Of a stretch of DNA of 64,000 nt, positions 1 through 8,587 are shown piece by piece. Both the position numbers and the translations under genes were made by a program. Source of the stretch: a virus; IMG/VR virus record IMGVR_UViG_3300045988_070924, positions 40,150-104,149 of that record, one strand, 5' to 3'. Each line of letters opens with the position of its first letter. The first letter of the stretch is position 1. The notes under the pieces are model-generated. The model had not been told where the DNA came from and did not search any database. It worked only from the letters and a program-made list of their open reading frames with translations.

Positions 1-314
1 ATAGTCATATATTTTATGTATATGTATCTGTAGCTGGTACTCCTTCTATTGATACTCCTTGTGCAATGGACACTGAGTATACTTTAGGGGTAGTATTAAA
101 TTGGCAACCTATATATCAAAAAGGTATAAATCATATGAAGCAAGTAGTTAATGGCTGTTGTGAATTGCCTAAAGACTTCATAGATTATATACTTAGATTC
201 AAAGCATTTGAACTTGCTATTAGAACTGCTCAATATACTTTGGCAAATGATAAGTTCAAAGAGTGGTTTGCAGAAGAGAATGTGAAGTTTAACCCTCCTT
301 GTAGATGTAAATAA
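1..314 (+). CDS. hypothetical virion-module protein, C-terminal part (gene probably starts left of the window)
   Basis: The frame of ORF 66..314 has no stop codon back to base 3. Stop TAA is at 312-314 and the next ATG is at 316. Confidence 0.5.
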   Translation, partial: SHIFYVYVSVAGTPSIDTPCAMDTEYTLGVVLNWQPIYQKGINHMKQVVNGCCELPKDFIDYILRFKAFELAIRTAQYTLANDKFKEWFAEENVKFNPPCRCK

Positions 315-315
315 T

Positions 316-705
316 ATGTATGCAGGAAAAACAACTCAACAAGCTCTTGATGCCCTCAATGAATATTTCACTAATCTTAGTCAAACAGGCTATTTAAGAT
401 ATGATACAGTTGTAAAAATATTAGGATTATTATTAGTAGATTCTTTTCTTAATACTGACCTAAATACCTATGTAACTGAGGAAGACTACAACATAATGGC
501 AAAATTTTTATATTGTTTGTATGGAAGTAATTGCCTTATGCCTTATCTTCAATTCTATAAAGAAATACCTCAGTTAGGCACTATTCTTCCAAAGCCTGGA
601 GGAATGCAACCTTATAGAGGAACAGAGGAAGATATATTAAGATTTACTGAACAAGATTTTAGGGTGAGAGCTACTGAATATAAAACAGATTTTTGGGATA
701 ATTAA
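316..705 (+). CDS. hypothetical protein (129 aa), structural module
   Basis: Intact ORF packed 1 nt after the previous stop. No motif recognised. Confidence 0.55.
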   Translation: MYAGKTTQQALDALNEYFTNLSQTGYLRYDTVVKILGLLLVDSFLNTDLNTYVTEEDYNIMAKFLYCLYGSNCLMPYLQFYKEIPQLGTILPKPGGMQPYRGTEEDILRFTEQDFRVRATEYKTDFWDN

Positions 706-728
706 GTTTACATAATATAACAAAATTG

Positions 729-782
729 ATTAGACTATTGCATGAATGACTATTTTTTCTTACATTTGTGCAATAGTCTAAT
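729..782. repeat. perfect 14-bp inverted repeat with a 26-nt spacer in the intergenic region
   Basis: ATTAGACTATTGCA (729-742) is the exact reverse complement of TGCAATAGTCTAAT (769-782). The spacer contains a TAnnTTTG box. Confidence 0.9.
761..768 (+). promoter_or_regulatory. candidate Bacteroidota -7 promoter element (TACATTTG)
   Basis: Matches TAnnTTTG and lies 35 nt upstream of the ATG at 804, in the only sizeable intergenic gap of this block. Confidence 0.4.
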
Positions 783-803
783 TTAGTTAATATAAGTAGA
801 ATT

Positions 804-1532
804 ATGGCAACATATAGAGAAGTGGTATATATGGCTTTAGATGAGTTAAAACTTATCTCAAATGATGCCACTTATACACCAGAACATCTCATCTTTCTTG
901 CAGATAACTATAGGGCACTCCTTCTTGACAGGAGGTATAGGGATGCAAGAAAAGGAGAGGTTTCAAGAAGTAATTATCAAGAGATATGCTTTGACCTTAT
1001 AGAAGTTCCAGCTATTCCTGGAACAAGCTGCTATGGAGTATATCTCAGGAGTACTGAGAAAGTTCCATCATTAATGAGTGTTGGTATTAAACATATATAT
1101 CCAGTAGATTACTTTAGCTCAGAACATATATCCTATATACCTCTTGAGAGAATGCCTTATGTGGGAAACAACAAATGGCTTTCTAATATGATATATGTTA
1201 CTAAAGGACCTGATGATTACCTGTATTTGAAATCAGCTAATCCTCAATTCTTATATCTCAAGAAACTTAGAGTAGATGCAGTTTTTCAGGATTCTCAGAA
1301 AGCAGCTAGTATGTCTTGTAGTGCTGAATCTGGTGCTAATTGTGATATACTTGATTCTGAGTTTCCTCTTGAAGATACTCTCATATCACCTCTTGTACAG
1401 CTTATGGTACAGGAATTAAGTGGAGCTAGATATTTGCCTACAGATAAGCAAAATAATGCTTCAGATGATATGAGTGGAATGATGGGAGTTAATCCTAGAA
1501 CCACTAAATCTACTAAAACAGAGGAAGACTAA
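804..1532 (+). CDS. hypothetical virion structural protein (242 aa)
   Basis: Intact ORF. Its stop overlaps the next start (TAATG at 1530-1534). Function is inferred only from its position in the tail/connector block. Confidence 0.6.
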   Translation: MATYREVVYMALDELKLISNDATYTPEHLIFLADNYRALLLDRRYRDARKGEVSRSNYQEICFDLIEVPAIPGTSCYGVYLRSTEKVPSLMSVGIKHIYPVDYFSSEHISYIPLERMPYVGNNKWLSNMIYVTKGPDDYLYLKSANPQFLYLKKLRVDAVFQDSQKAASMSCSAESGANCDILDSEFPLEDTLISPLVQLMVQELSGARYLPTDKQNNASDDMSGMMGVNPRTTKSTKTEED

Positions 1533-2089
1533 TGGGAATAAGGGAGTTTATGTCTTCTGCTAAGAAGGCTAAAGGAAAAAGAGTACACAAAGCCAGGAAT
1601 TCCTGGGGAGTAAAAGATGCCTTCCACTACTATAGAAAGACAAGACCAAAGGAGTCTGAATATGTACTTACTGAATGTGAGTTCCTAAGTATCATAAGAA
1701 AGACCAATGATATCCTAAGGCAGCTTATTATACAGGGAGAAGAGATTGTATTGCCTGAGAAGATGGGAAAATTGGAGCTCAGGAAGAGACCAACTATAGT
1801 AGAATTTAAGGAAGGTAAACTTAGGACCAATCTTCCAGTAGATTGGGACTCTACTCTAAAACTGTGGTATGAGGATGAACAGTCTTATAAGGATAAGAGG
1901 CTTGTAAGACAGGAAACTAAAGAAGTATTCAAAGTCTTCTATAATAAATATAGAGCAGACTACCAAAATAAATCTTTCTATCAATTCCATATCAACAGGG
2001 AAATTAAGAAAGGACTTAAGCATAAAATAAAAAATGGGGAAATAGATTCCCTTATGTTATATAGAATTAGGCATGGAGAAGACAACTAA
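1532..2089 (+). CDS. HU/IHF-like DNA-binding protein
   Basis: The segment LRQLIIQGEEIVLPEKMGKLELRKRP resembles the HU/IHF core (G-x-x-V-x-L-P-x-x-G-x-F-x-V-x-x-R). An IHF-like gene is a known conserved member of crAss-like structural modules. Confidence 0.55.
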   Translation: MGIREFMSSAKKAKGKRVHKARNSWGVKDAFHYYRKTRPKESEYVLTECEFLSIIRKTNDILRQLIIQGEEIVLPEKMGKLELRKRPTIVEFKEGKLRTNLPVDWDSTLKLWYEDEQSYKDKRLVRQETKEVFKVFYNKYRADYQNKSFYQFHINREIKKGLKHKIKNGEIDSLMLYRIRHGEDN

Positions 2090-2798
2090 CATAAGAAGGG
2101 TTGCTGACAGAATAATGAGACATCCTCTTCTCAGAGATGTGCCCTTTGAAACTATTCTTGATTACACTGTAGATTTTTTACAGATAGTAGGAGTCCCTTC
2201 TCTCTTTGAAGAGAAGACTGCTTTACTTCATGTAGAGGATTACAGATGTATGCTGCCTTGTGATTATGTATCTATGATACAGGTAAGGACAGCCAAGAAA
2301 GTTGATGGCATAGAACCTAACCATAGGTCTCATATATCCTATAGGTATTCTACTGACTCATTTCATATGAGTACTGAGAAACCTGATGTAGGAAGATATG
2401 GGACTGACCTTACATATAAGATTCAAGGATGTGTTATATATACCTCAACCAAGGATACAGATATAGAGATAGCCTATAATGCCATAGCAACTGATGGTGA
2501 AGGTTATCCTTTATTACCTGACAATCCTTCCTTCCTCAGAGCTCTTGAAGCTTATATCAAGAAACAGCAGTTCACTATACTGTTTGATTTAGGGAAACTA
2601 CAGCCTGCCATTCTACAGAATGCCCAGCAGGAATATGCATTTTATGTTGGAGACTGTGAAACTGAATTTAACAGACTTTCTCTTGATAAGGCTGAGTCTC
2701 TGTTTAACTCTTGGAGAACTCTCCTTATAAGGGATAGTGAGCATAGGCATGGCTTTGTTAATAATGGAGCCAAAGAATATTTAACCATTCAGCCATAA
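2073..2798 (+). CDS. hypothetical virion structural protein (241 aa; connector/ring candidate by position only)
   Basis: Intact ORF that overlaps the previous gene by 17 nt and ends 1 nt before the next ATG. Confidence 0.55.
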   Translation: MEKTTNIRRVADRIMRHPLLRDVPFETILDYTVDFLQIVGVPSLFEEKTALLHVEDYRCMLPCDYVSMIQVRTAKKVDGIEPNHRSHISYRYSTDSFHMSTEKPDVGRYGTDLTYKIQGCVIYTSTKDTDIEIAYNAIATDGEGYPLLPDNPSFLRALEAYIKKQQFTILFDLGKLQPAILQNAQQEYAFYVGDCETEFNRLSLDKAESLFNSWRTLLIRDSEHRHGFVNNGAKEYLTIQP

Positions 2799-2799
2799 T

Positions 2800-5700
2800 A
2801 TGGAACAGAAGATTGCATCATTTCAAAATAAAGGAATGACAAGAGACCTCTCAATAAGTAAAGTAAATAATGAGTTTGCTTATGAGAACTTTAATGTCAG
2901 AATAATAGCTAGAGACCATGATACTCTTCTTTCTGTCACAAATGAAAGAGGGAATAAAGAGATAGAACTTAAGGGGCAGCCTTTTACTAAAGGCACTCCT
3001 TATGTAATAAAGTATTATGCTGATGGAGATTTTGAAGTTGATTCTAAAATTACAAGCTATACTAATTCATTAACCCTTCTTTGGAAACTTAAGTCAGGTG
3101 AAACTGGAAGTATGACTTATGCTTACAGCGCTAATAAATGGAAGTTCAAAGATGGGGATTCTATAATTAGTCCTATTTCAGAAGTAGAGTATTTAAAAGC
3201 AGAGCTGGGATATGTATTGGAAGATTATACTTATCACCCTATAAATATTATTTATCATGATAGTAATGATGATGAATTTTTATATGAAAGTGAAGATTTT
3301 CCAACAGCAGCTCCTCCAATAACTTTAAAGGGGATTCTAATAGGGCACAGTGTATTAAATAATTATATGGTTCTATTTACTCATGAAGAGGATACTAAGA
3401 TAGACCATATTTATAGAATAGAGTATGTTGATGAGGAGAATTGGAGAAGCTTATCACTGTTTGATGGAAATTTAGGATTTGATTCTAAACATCCAATAGA
3501 AACTCTTGCCAATTATGAAACAGAAGCTGTTCAAAAAGTTTATTGGGTAGATGGAATTAACCAGCCAAGATTTATCAATATAAAGAAACTTGACTATAAC
3601 AGTGATAATCCAAGTCAGTTTGATTTTGTAACAGAATTTAATCCTAGTCTTGGTGTTGAGATAACTAAAACATTTTTAGGAACTTCTTCATTCAGTAGTG
3701 GGACTATACAATACTTTTTCACTTATTCAAATAATTCTGGACAAGAAACTAATATAGTTGGTAAAAGCAATATCTATAATCTCAGTGACCAAGAGAGGGC
3801 AACTCCAGCTGATTCCACAGCTTCTTGTGCTTTTAAAATAGACTTGACAGGTTTAGACAAGAGGTTTGATAATGTAAACATTTATTCTATTATTACTACC
3901 TCTACTTTATCTTGTAATAAAGTAGCAACTTTACCTATTACAGATGAAGTTTCTTATGTAGATACAGGTTCTTATACTATATCAATAGACCCAACTACTC
4001 TCCTTTATATAGGAGGAACAGAGATTCATGCAGAGACTCTTGCTCAAAAAGACAATACTTTATTCTTAGGAAACATAGAACTTCAAACAGATGCAGTTGA
4101 TACTGAACTTAAAAATCTTATAGATGCTACTATAGGAAAAGATTCAGATGGGAATTTTACTGGTGAAAGTTCCATGATTGAATTTGAATATTCTGATAAA
4201 TATGTATTTCAGAATAACAGCTTAGGGACTGTATATTATGAAGACCAACAACTTAATTTAGGTTCTGATAAATATCTGTTCTTTAAGGGTGGAGAAAAAT
4301 ATAGATTTGGACTAGTTTTCTTAACAGGCACAGGAAGAAGAAGTTCAGTATACTGGATAGGAGATAAGGTTAATACTTTGTATCCAAAATCAAACTCTAT
4401 CAGAACATATAAGGCAGTAGCTAAATGCACAATACCTCAAGAAGTAGCTTCTTATATTTCTAAAAATACCCCTTATAAAAGGGCTATTTTAGTAAGAGCA
4501 CTTATGGCTGAATCTGATAGGTCTGTCATAGCTCAAGGTTTTGTTAATCCTACTGTATTCAATGCAACTCAAAGAGTATTGAATTCCCCTTATGCAATGT
4601 CTTCTTGGTTTTTTAGACCTAAGAACAGCAATGTTATTACAAATACTCATTTCTCACAAATACCAGCAAACAAAAGTATTTCAGCAGAAATACAGAATGT
4701 CAATGGAGAATATGATGAACAAGGTAAAGAAATAACTAAACCACCTTATTTTACTAAGGATGAAATAGCTTTAAAGAAAAGACAAGTTTGGATTAGGTGG
4801 ACTGTCAAGGCTTATTATAAAGACAATAAAGGAGGATTTTATGGAGTAACAGGTGCTGAAGCTAAAGCAGTGTTAGAGTTCTTCAATAATGAAGGAAAAC
4901 AAGAAATAGACAATAATGATGGATTAATTCCAGAAGCAACTATAAATATCAGTTCTAAATGGAGAGAAGCTTATGCAACAGGAGGTTTTGATAAAGTATG
5001 GCAGGAGTTCGAGAGGTCTTATAGGAAAGATTTATATCCAAGATTATTAGCTCATTATCCAAAATATGCAAAATTTTTCCCATCAGAAGCTTCAGAAGAA
5101 ATGAAGAATGCTCTTTATGCAGATTGGAAAAATGCAGGAAAGGCAGCTTATCATAAGAGAACCTCTGCTCCTCTACAAAGAAGAAAAATAAAGATAGGAG
5201 GAGTATTAGCAAATAATGGACTTTTATATAGTAAGACTTTAGGTAATAGATTTTATATAGATGAGTCTATAATAACTCTTAATTCTCCTGATATAGAGTT
5301 TGGAGAATATCAAACTCTTCCTGATAATTTTAAATTTAGAATTATAGGTTATTCCCCACTTACAGCAGGAGCTACTAATTTCTATATGAATCCTGAAAAG
5401 GATAATTCAAATAGTAGTTTCTTGCCAGATAATTTAAATAAAGAGAATATTTCTCAATATCCAGAACAGGCTCCTACTTTACCATTTTTTAGTGGAGATA
5501 CTATTATAGAAAAAGACAAAAGTTCTGTGGTAGCTCCTTATATAATATACCCTTGGCATAAAACAGGTGCCTTATATAAGAAAGATGATGTTGAGGAATA
5601 TGTAGTTAAAGATAAAATACTTGCTAATCTTAAATATAGTTTATTTACTAATTATTGCTGGCTCAATAAATATAGAACAGATTTAGATATAACTAAGACT

Positions 5701-8484
5701 GGAGATTATAATTATTATATGAAGATGGCTTGGGAGCCTAAAGGAGGAATCAGTAATATAAATATAGCTGATGAATCTATAGACAATGTATTCTTAAATA
5801 TTAGGGATGAAAGGCTTTACTATAATAATTATGATTTTGTTTTAAGTGTTAGTTCTGATGATACATCTTCAGAAAAATATAAAGAGTATACTACTGGAGA
5901 TAAGCAATATACAGAAGGATTAGACTTTTTATCAGATACTGCTAATTGGGAAGCTGTTGTTACAAACTCTACAGCACCAGTAAATGTAGCAGCAAAGAGT
6001 AAAAAGAACTGTATTCTGTCTTTTAATCCTGTAGGAGATGAAACAATTATATTACCTTCAGTAAATGCAGATACTCCTGATATTAATTTATCTAATTATT
6101 ATCTTCCTTGGGAAACTTATGTTGATGAATCACCAATAAATGACACTCTTATAACTGGGGATTATCCTTATTATATTCCAGATAGATTATTGAATTCTGA
6201 TTCTGTTTATATAATAGAGCTTGATAATACTTCTACGGTAGATGCTTATAATTCTTTTGATAAGGATTTTAAAAATGCTAAAAATGCTTATTCAAATAAA
6301 TTAGCTATTGCTTTTATTAAAGAAATATCAGGTAGTGCTGTTACTTATCTAGGAGAAGATGTAGAATATAAAAAGAATGTTTATCCTGGTTTCAAAATAA
6401 CAGTAGTACCAATCAAAGAATCTGGAATTACCAGTAAATATAATATTACTATAACTGAAGGAAATGAGACCGGAACTTATAAACTAATATACATAAATTC
6501 TGAAGGAGTAGAAGAAAAGAGTATAGAAATTATTAATTCCATAGTAGTTACAAAAGAAGAAGCTAATAATTATTCTTTCAAAGTAAAAGCTACCTACACT
6601 CCTTTATTTCCAGGATATTCCTCTACAAGGGAAAATATGCAAATATTTGACCTTAAAGCACCTATATTTGCTGGTTCTTCCGTAACTTTAATAGTTAATG
6701 ATATAAATAAAGGGGTATGTATAAAAACGGATACTGGATTAAATCCTGAACTTGAAGTTATATACTTAAAAGATTATAAAGGAACGTCTTATAAATATAC
6801 TAGAAAAATAAATACTTTGACTGAGGTAGTTTTAAATAATATTATAATAAAACCAGACAATTTATCCATTCCTCTAGATACTTATGAATCAGGTAAAATA
6901 GATACAGATACTTTTGATACTTCTTTGCTTTTTGTAGGAGAACTTTATAGAGATATTGAAGATTATTCAAAGAAGGATTATAGATATGGGGGAGTAGCAG
7001 AAGATGCTCTAAAAAAGAATACTTTTGTGGATTGTGGTGCTGTTACTGACATTACTAAGTCTAATATTCTTTATGGAGTAGAAGGTGACTCTTATTATCA
7101 GAGATATGATGTCCTCAAAACTATACCATATTCAAAAGGTAAAGACAACAGTATTATTGAAATCTTTTCTGGAATGATTGAAAGTAGAATCAATCTTAAT
7201 GGAAAGACTGATAAGAATATGTCTACTTCTGATTATACTCTTATAAACACAGAAACCTTTAATAGTATTAATAAAGCTTATACCAGACAGGATTCATTCA
7301 ATACATCTGTTGTACTTGGCAGCTCTGATACTACTACTTCTTATCCTACTCAGTTTACTTGGACTAAAGAAAAAACTCCAGGAGAAGATATAGATACTTG
7401 GACTAATATTACTTTATCTGAAATTGAAACTCTTGATGGTGATAAGGGACCACTTAGAGCTATAAGAAGGTTCCAGAACTCACTTATAGCATTCCAGGAT
7501 AAAGGTATTGCTGAGATACTCTTTAATTCAAGAACTCAGATTGGAACTCAGCAAGGAGTACCTATTGAGATTGCCAACTCAGGTAAGGTTGATGGAAAGA
7601 GATATATTACTGACAAGGCTGGATGTATCAACAAGTGGTCCATAGTTGAAACCAAGAATGGTATGTACTTCATAGATAATATCAACAGTTCACTCAGTCT
7701 GTTCACAGGAACTGTGAAATCTCTCTCTGATGAGAAGGGGTTCAAGGATTGGGTAGGAAGAAACAACTCTACTGATTTATGGAATCCTGTGGACTTTAAT
7801 AACTTTGTTGCTTACTGGGATAGGGTGAATGATGATGTCTACTTCCTTAGAGGGAATGAAGAGAAACAGCAGGATGTACTGTGCTATAATGAAATGCTTG
7901 GGCAATTTACATCATTCTTCAGCTATGGAGAAGTCCCAATGATGGTTAATGTTCAAGATAAATTTGTAGCATTCAGAGAGGATAACAAGGGAGTAAATAA
8001 ATTGTGGCTACAGGGTGAAGGAGAGTTCAATAATCTGTTTGGAAGTCTGCAAGGCTATCATATGTTATACAGAATTACTCCTGACCCTTATGGAGACAAA
8101 ACATTCAGTACTCTTGAATATAGAGCTGACATGTTTGATATGAGTGACCCAAATTATAATCCTTATATGCCTGGTGAGGGAAAACTTACAGGAGATACCT
8201 TTGATACTCTTGAAGTATGGAATGAATATCAGGGAAACAAGATTTCTGTAGGTGACTCTACTTCTCCTCTATATCCTTTTAGGGCAAGAGATAAATATCC
8301 TGATGTAAGAAGAAAGTTCAGAATATGGAGAATGGATATTCCAAGAGATAAGAAGGGTCCTGATAATCCTTATGGATTGAATAGAATAAGAAACCCTTGG
8401 ATATATCTTAAACTATCTAAGACTCCAACTCTTTCTAATGAAAGAATGGAGTTCCATGATTTGGCAGTAAGATATTTTGAATAG
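2800..8484 (+). CDS. giant tail protein (1894 aa; muzzle/tail-tube-type candidate)
   Basis: Uninterrupted 5.7-kb ORF followed by a strong terminator. Size and position match the large tail proteins of crAss-like phages. No catalytic motif recognised. Confidence 0.6.
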   Translation: MEQKIASFQNKGMTRDLSISKVNNEFAYENFNVRIIARDHDTLLSVTNERGNKEIELKGQPFTKGTPYVIKYYADGDFEVDSKITSYTNSLTLLWKLKSGETGSMTYAYSANKWKFKDGDSIISPISEVEYLKAELGYVLEDYTYHPINIIYHDSNDDEFLYESEDFPTAAPPITLKGILIGHSVLNNYMVLFTHEEDTKIDHIYRIEYVDEENWRSLSLFDGNLGFDSKHPIETLANYETEAVQKVYWVDGINQPRFINIKKLDYNSDNPSQFDFVTEFNPSLGVEITKTFLGTSSFSSGTIQYFFTYSNNSGQETNIVGKSNIYNLSDQERATPADSTASCAFKIDLTGLDKRFDNVNIYSIITTSTLSCNKVATLPITDEVSYVDTGSYTISIDPTTLLYIGGTEIHAETLAQKDNTLFLGNIELQTDAVDTELKNLIDATIGKDSDGNFTGESSMIEFEYSDKYVFQNNSLGTVYYEDQQLNLGSDKYLFFKGGEKYRFGLVFLTGTGRRSSVYWIGDKVNTLYPKSNSIRTYKAVAKCTIPQEVASYISKNTPYKRAILVRALMAESDRSVIAQGFVNPTVFNATQRVLNSPYAMSSWFFRPKNSNVITNTHFSQIPANKSISAEIQNVNGEYDEQGKEITKPPYFTKDEIALKKRQVWIRWTVKAYYKDNKGGFYGVTGAEAKAVLEFFNNEGKQEIDNNDGLIPEATINISSKWREAYATGGFDKVWQEFERSYRKDLYPRLLAHYPKYAKFFPSEASEEMKNALYADWKNAGKAAYHKRTSAPLQRRKIKIGGVLANNGLLYSKTLGNRFYIDESIITLNSPDIEFGEYQTLPDNFKFRIIGYSPLTAGATNFYMNPEKDNSNSSFLPDNLNKENISQYPEQAPTLPFFSGDTIIEKDKSSVVAPYIIYPWHKTGALYKKDDVEEYVVKDKILANLKYSLFTNYCWLNKYRTDLDITKTGDYNYYMKMAWEPKGGISNINIADESIDNVFLNIRDERLYYNNYDFVLSVSSDDTSSEKYKEYTTGDKQYTEGLDFLSDTANWEAVVTNSTAPVNVAAKSKKNCILSFNPVGDETIILPSVNADTPDINLSNYYLPWETYVDESPINDTLITGDYPYYIPDRLLNSDSVYIIELDNTSTVDAYNSFDKDFKNAKNAYSNKLAIAFIKEISGSAVTYLGEDVEYKKNVYPGFKITVVPIKESGITSKYNITITEGNETGTYKLIYINSEGVEEKSIEIINSIVVTKEEANNYSFKVKATYTPLFPGYSSTRENMQIFDLKAPIFAGSSVTLIVNDINKGVCIKTDTGLNPELEVIYLKDYKGTSYKYTRKINTLTEVVLNNIIIKPDNLSIPLDTYESGKIDTDTFDTSLLFVGELYRDIEDYSKKDYRYGGVAEDALKKNTFVDCGAVTDITKSNILYGVEGDSYYQRYDVLKTIPYSKGKDNSIIEIFSGMIESRINLNGKTDKNMSTSDYTLINTETFNSINKAYTRQDSFNTSVVLGSSDTTTSYPTQFTWTKEKTPGEDIDTWTNITLSEIETLDGDKGPLRAIRRFQNSLIAFQDKGIAEILFNSRTQIGTQQGVPIEIANSGKVDGKRYITDKAGCINKWSIVETKNGMYFIDNINSSLSLFTGTVKSLSDEKGFKDWVGRNNSTDLWNPVDFNNFVAYWDRVNDDVYFLRGNEEKQQDVLCYNEMLGQFTSFFSYGEVPMMVNVQDKFVAFREDNKGVNKLWLQGEGEFNNLFGSLQGYHMLYRITPDPYGDKTFSTLEYRADMFDMSDPNYNPYMPGEGKLTGDTFDTLEVWNEYQGNKISVGDSTSPLYPFRARDKYPDVRRKFRIWRMDIPRDKKGPDNPYGLNRIRNPWIYLKLSKTPTLSNERMEFHDLAVRYFE

Positions 8485-8486
8485 TT

Positions 8487-8530
8487 AAAAGAGTAGTAAG
8501 TAAATCACTTACTACTCTTTTATTATTTTA
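8487..8530 (+). terminator. rho-independent terminator
   Basis: AAAAGAGTAGTAAGT (8487-8501) pairs perfectly with ACTTACTACTCTTTT (8507-8521) across a 5-nt loop. T-rich sequence follows, and the hairpin starts 3 nt after the stop codon. Confidence 0.8.
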
Positions 8531-8562
8531 TATACCTTATTGTTTAAGTCAATTAATTTTAC

Positions 8563-8570
8563 TACCTTTG
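8563..8570 (+). promoter_or_regulatory. candidate Bacteroidota -7 promoter element (TACCTTTG)
   Basis: Matches TAnnTTTG and lies 17 nt upstream of the ATG at 8588, directly after the terminator. Confidence 0.4.
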
Positions 8571-8587
8571 CAACAAATAATTATGTT

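Noticed and set aside
8540-8587. The TTG start proposed by the ORF track for the 726-aa protein.
   Set aside because: The TTG lies upstream of the candidate promoter box (8563-8570). The first ATG at 8588 follows the box at a sensible distance.
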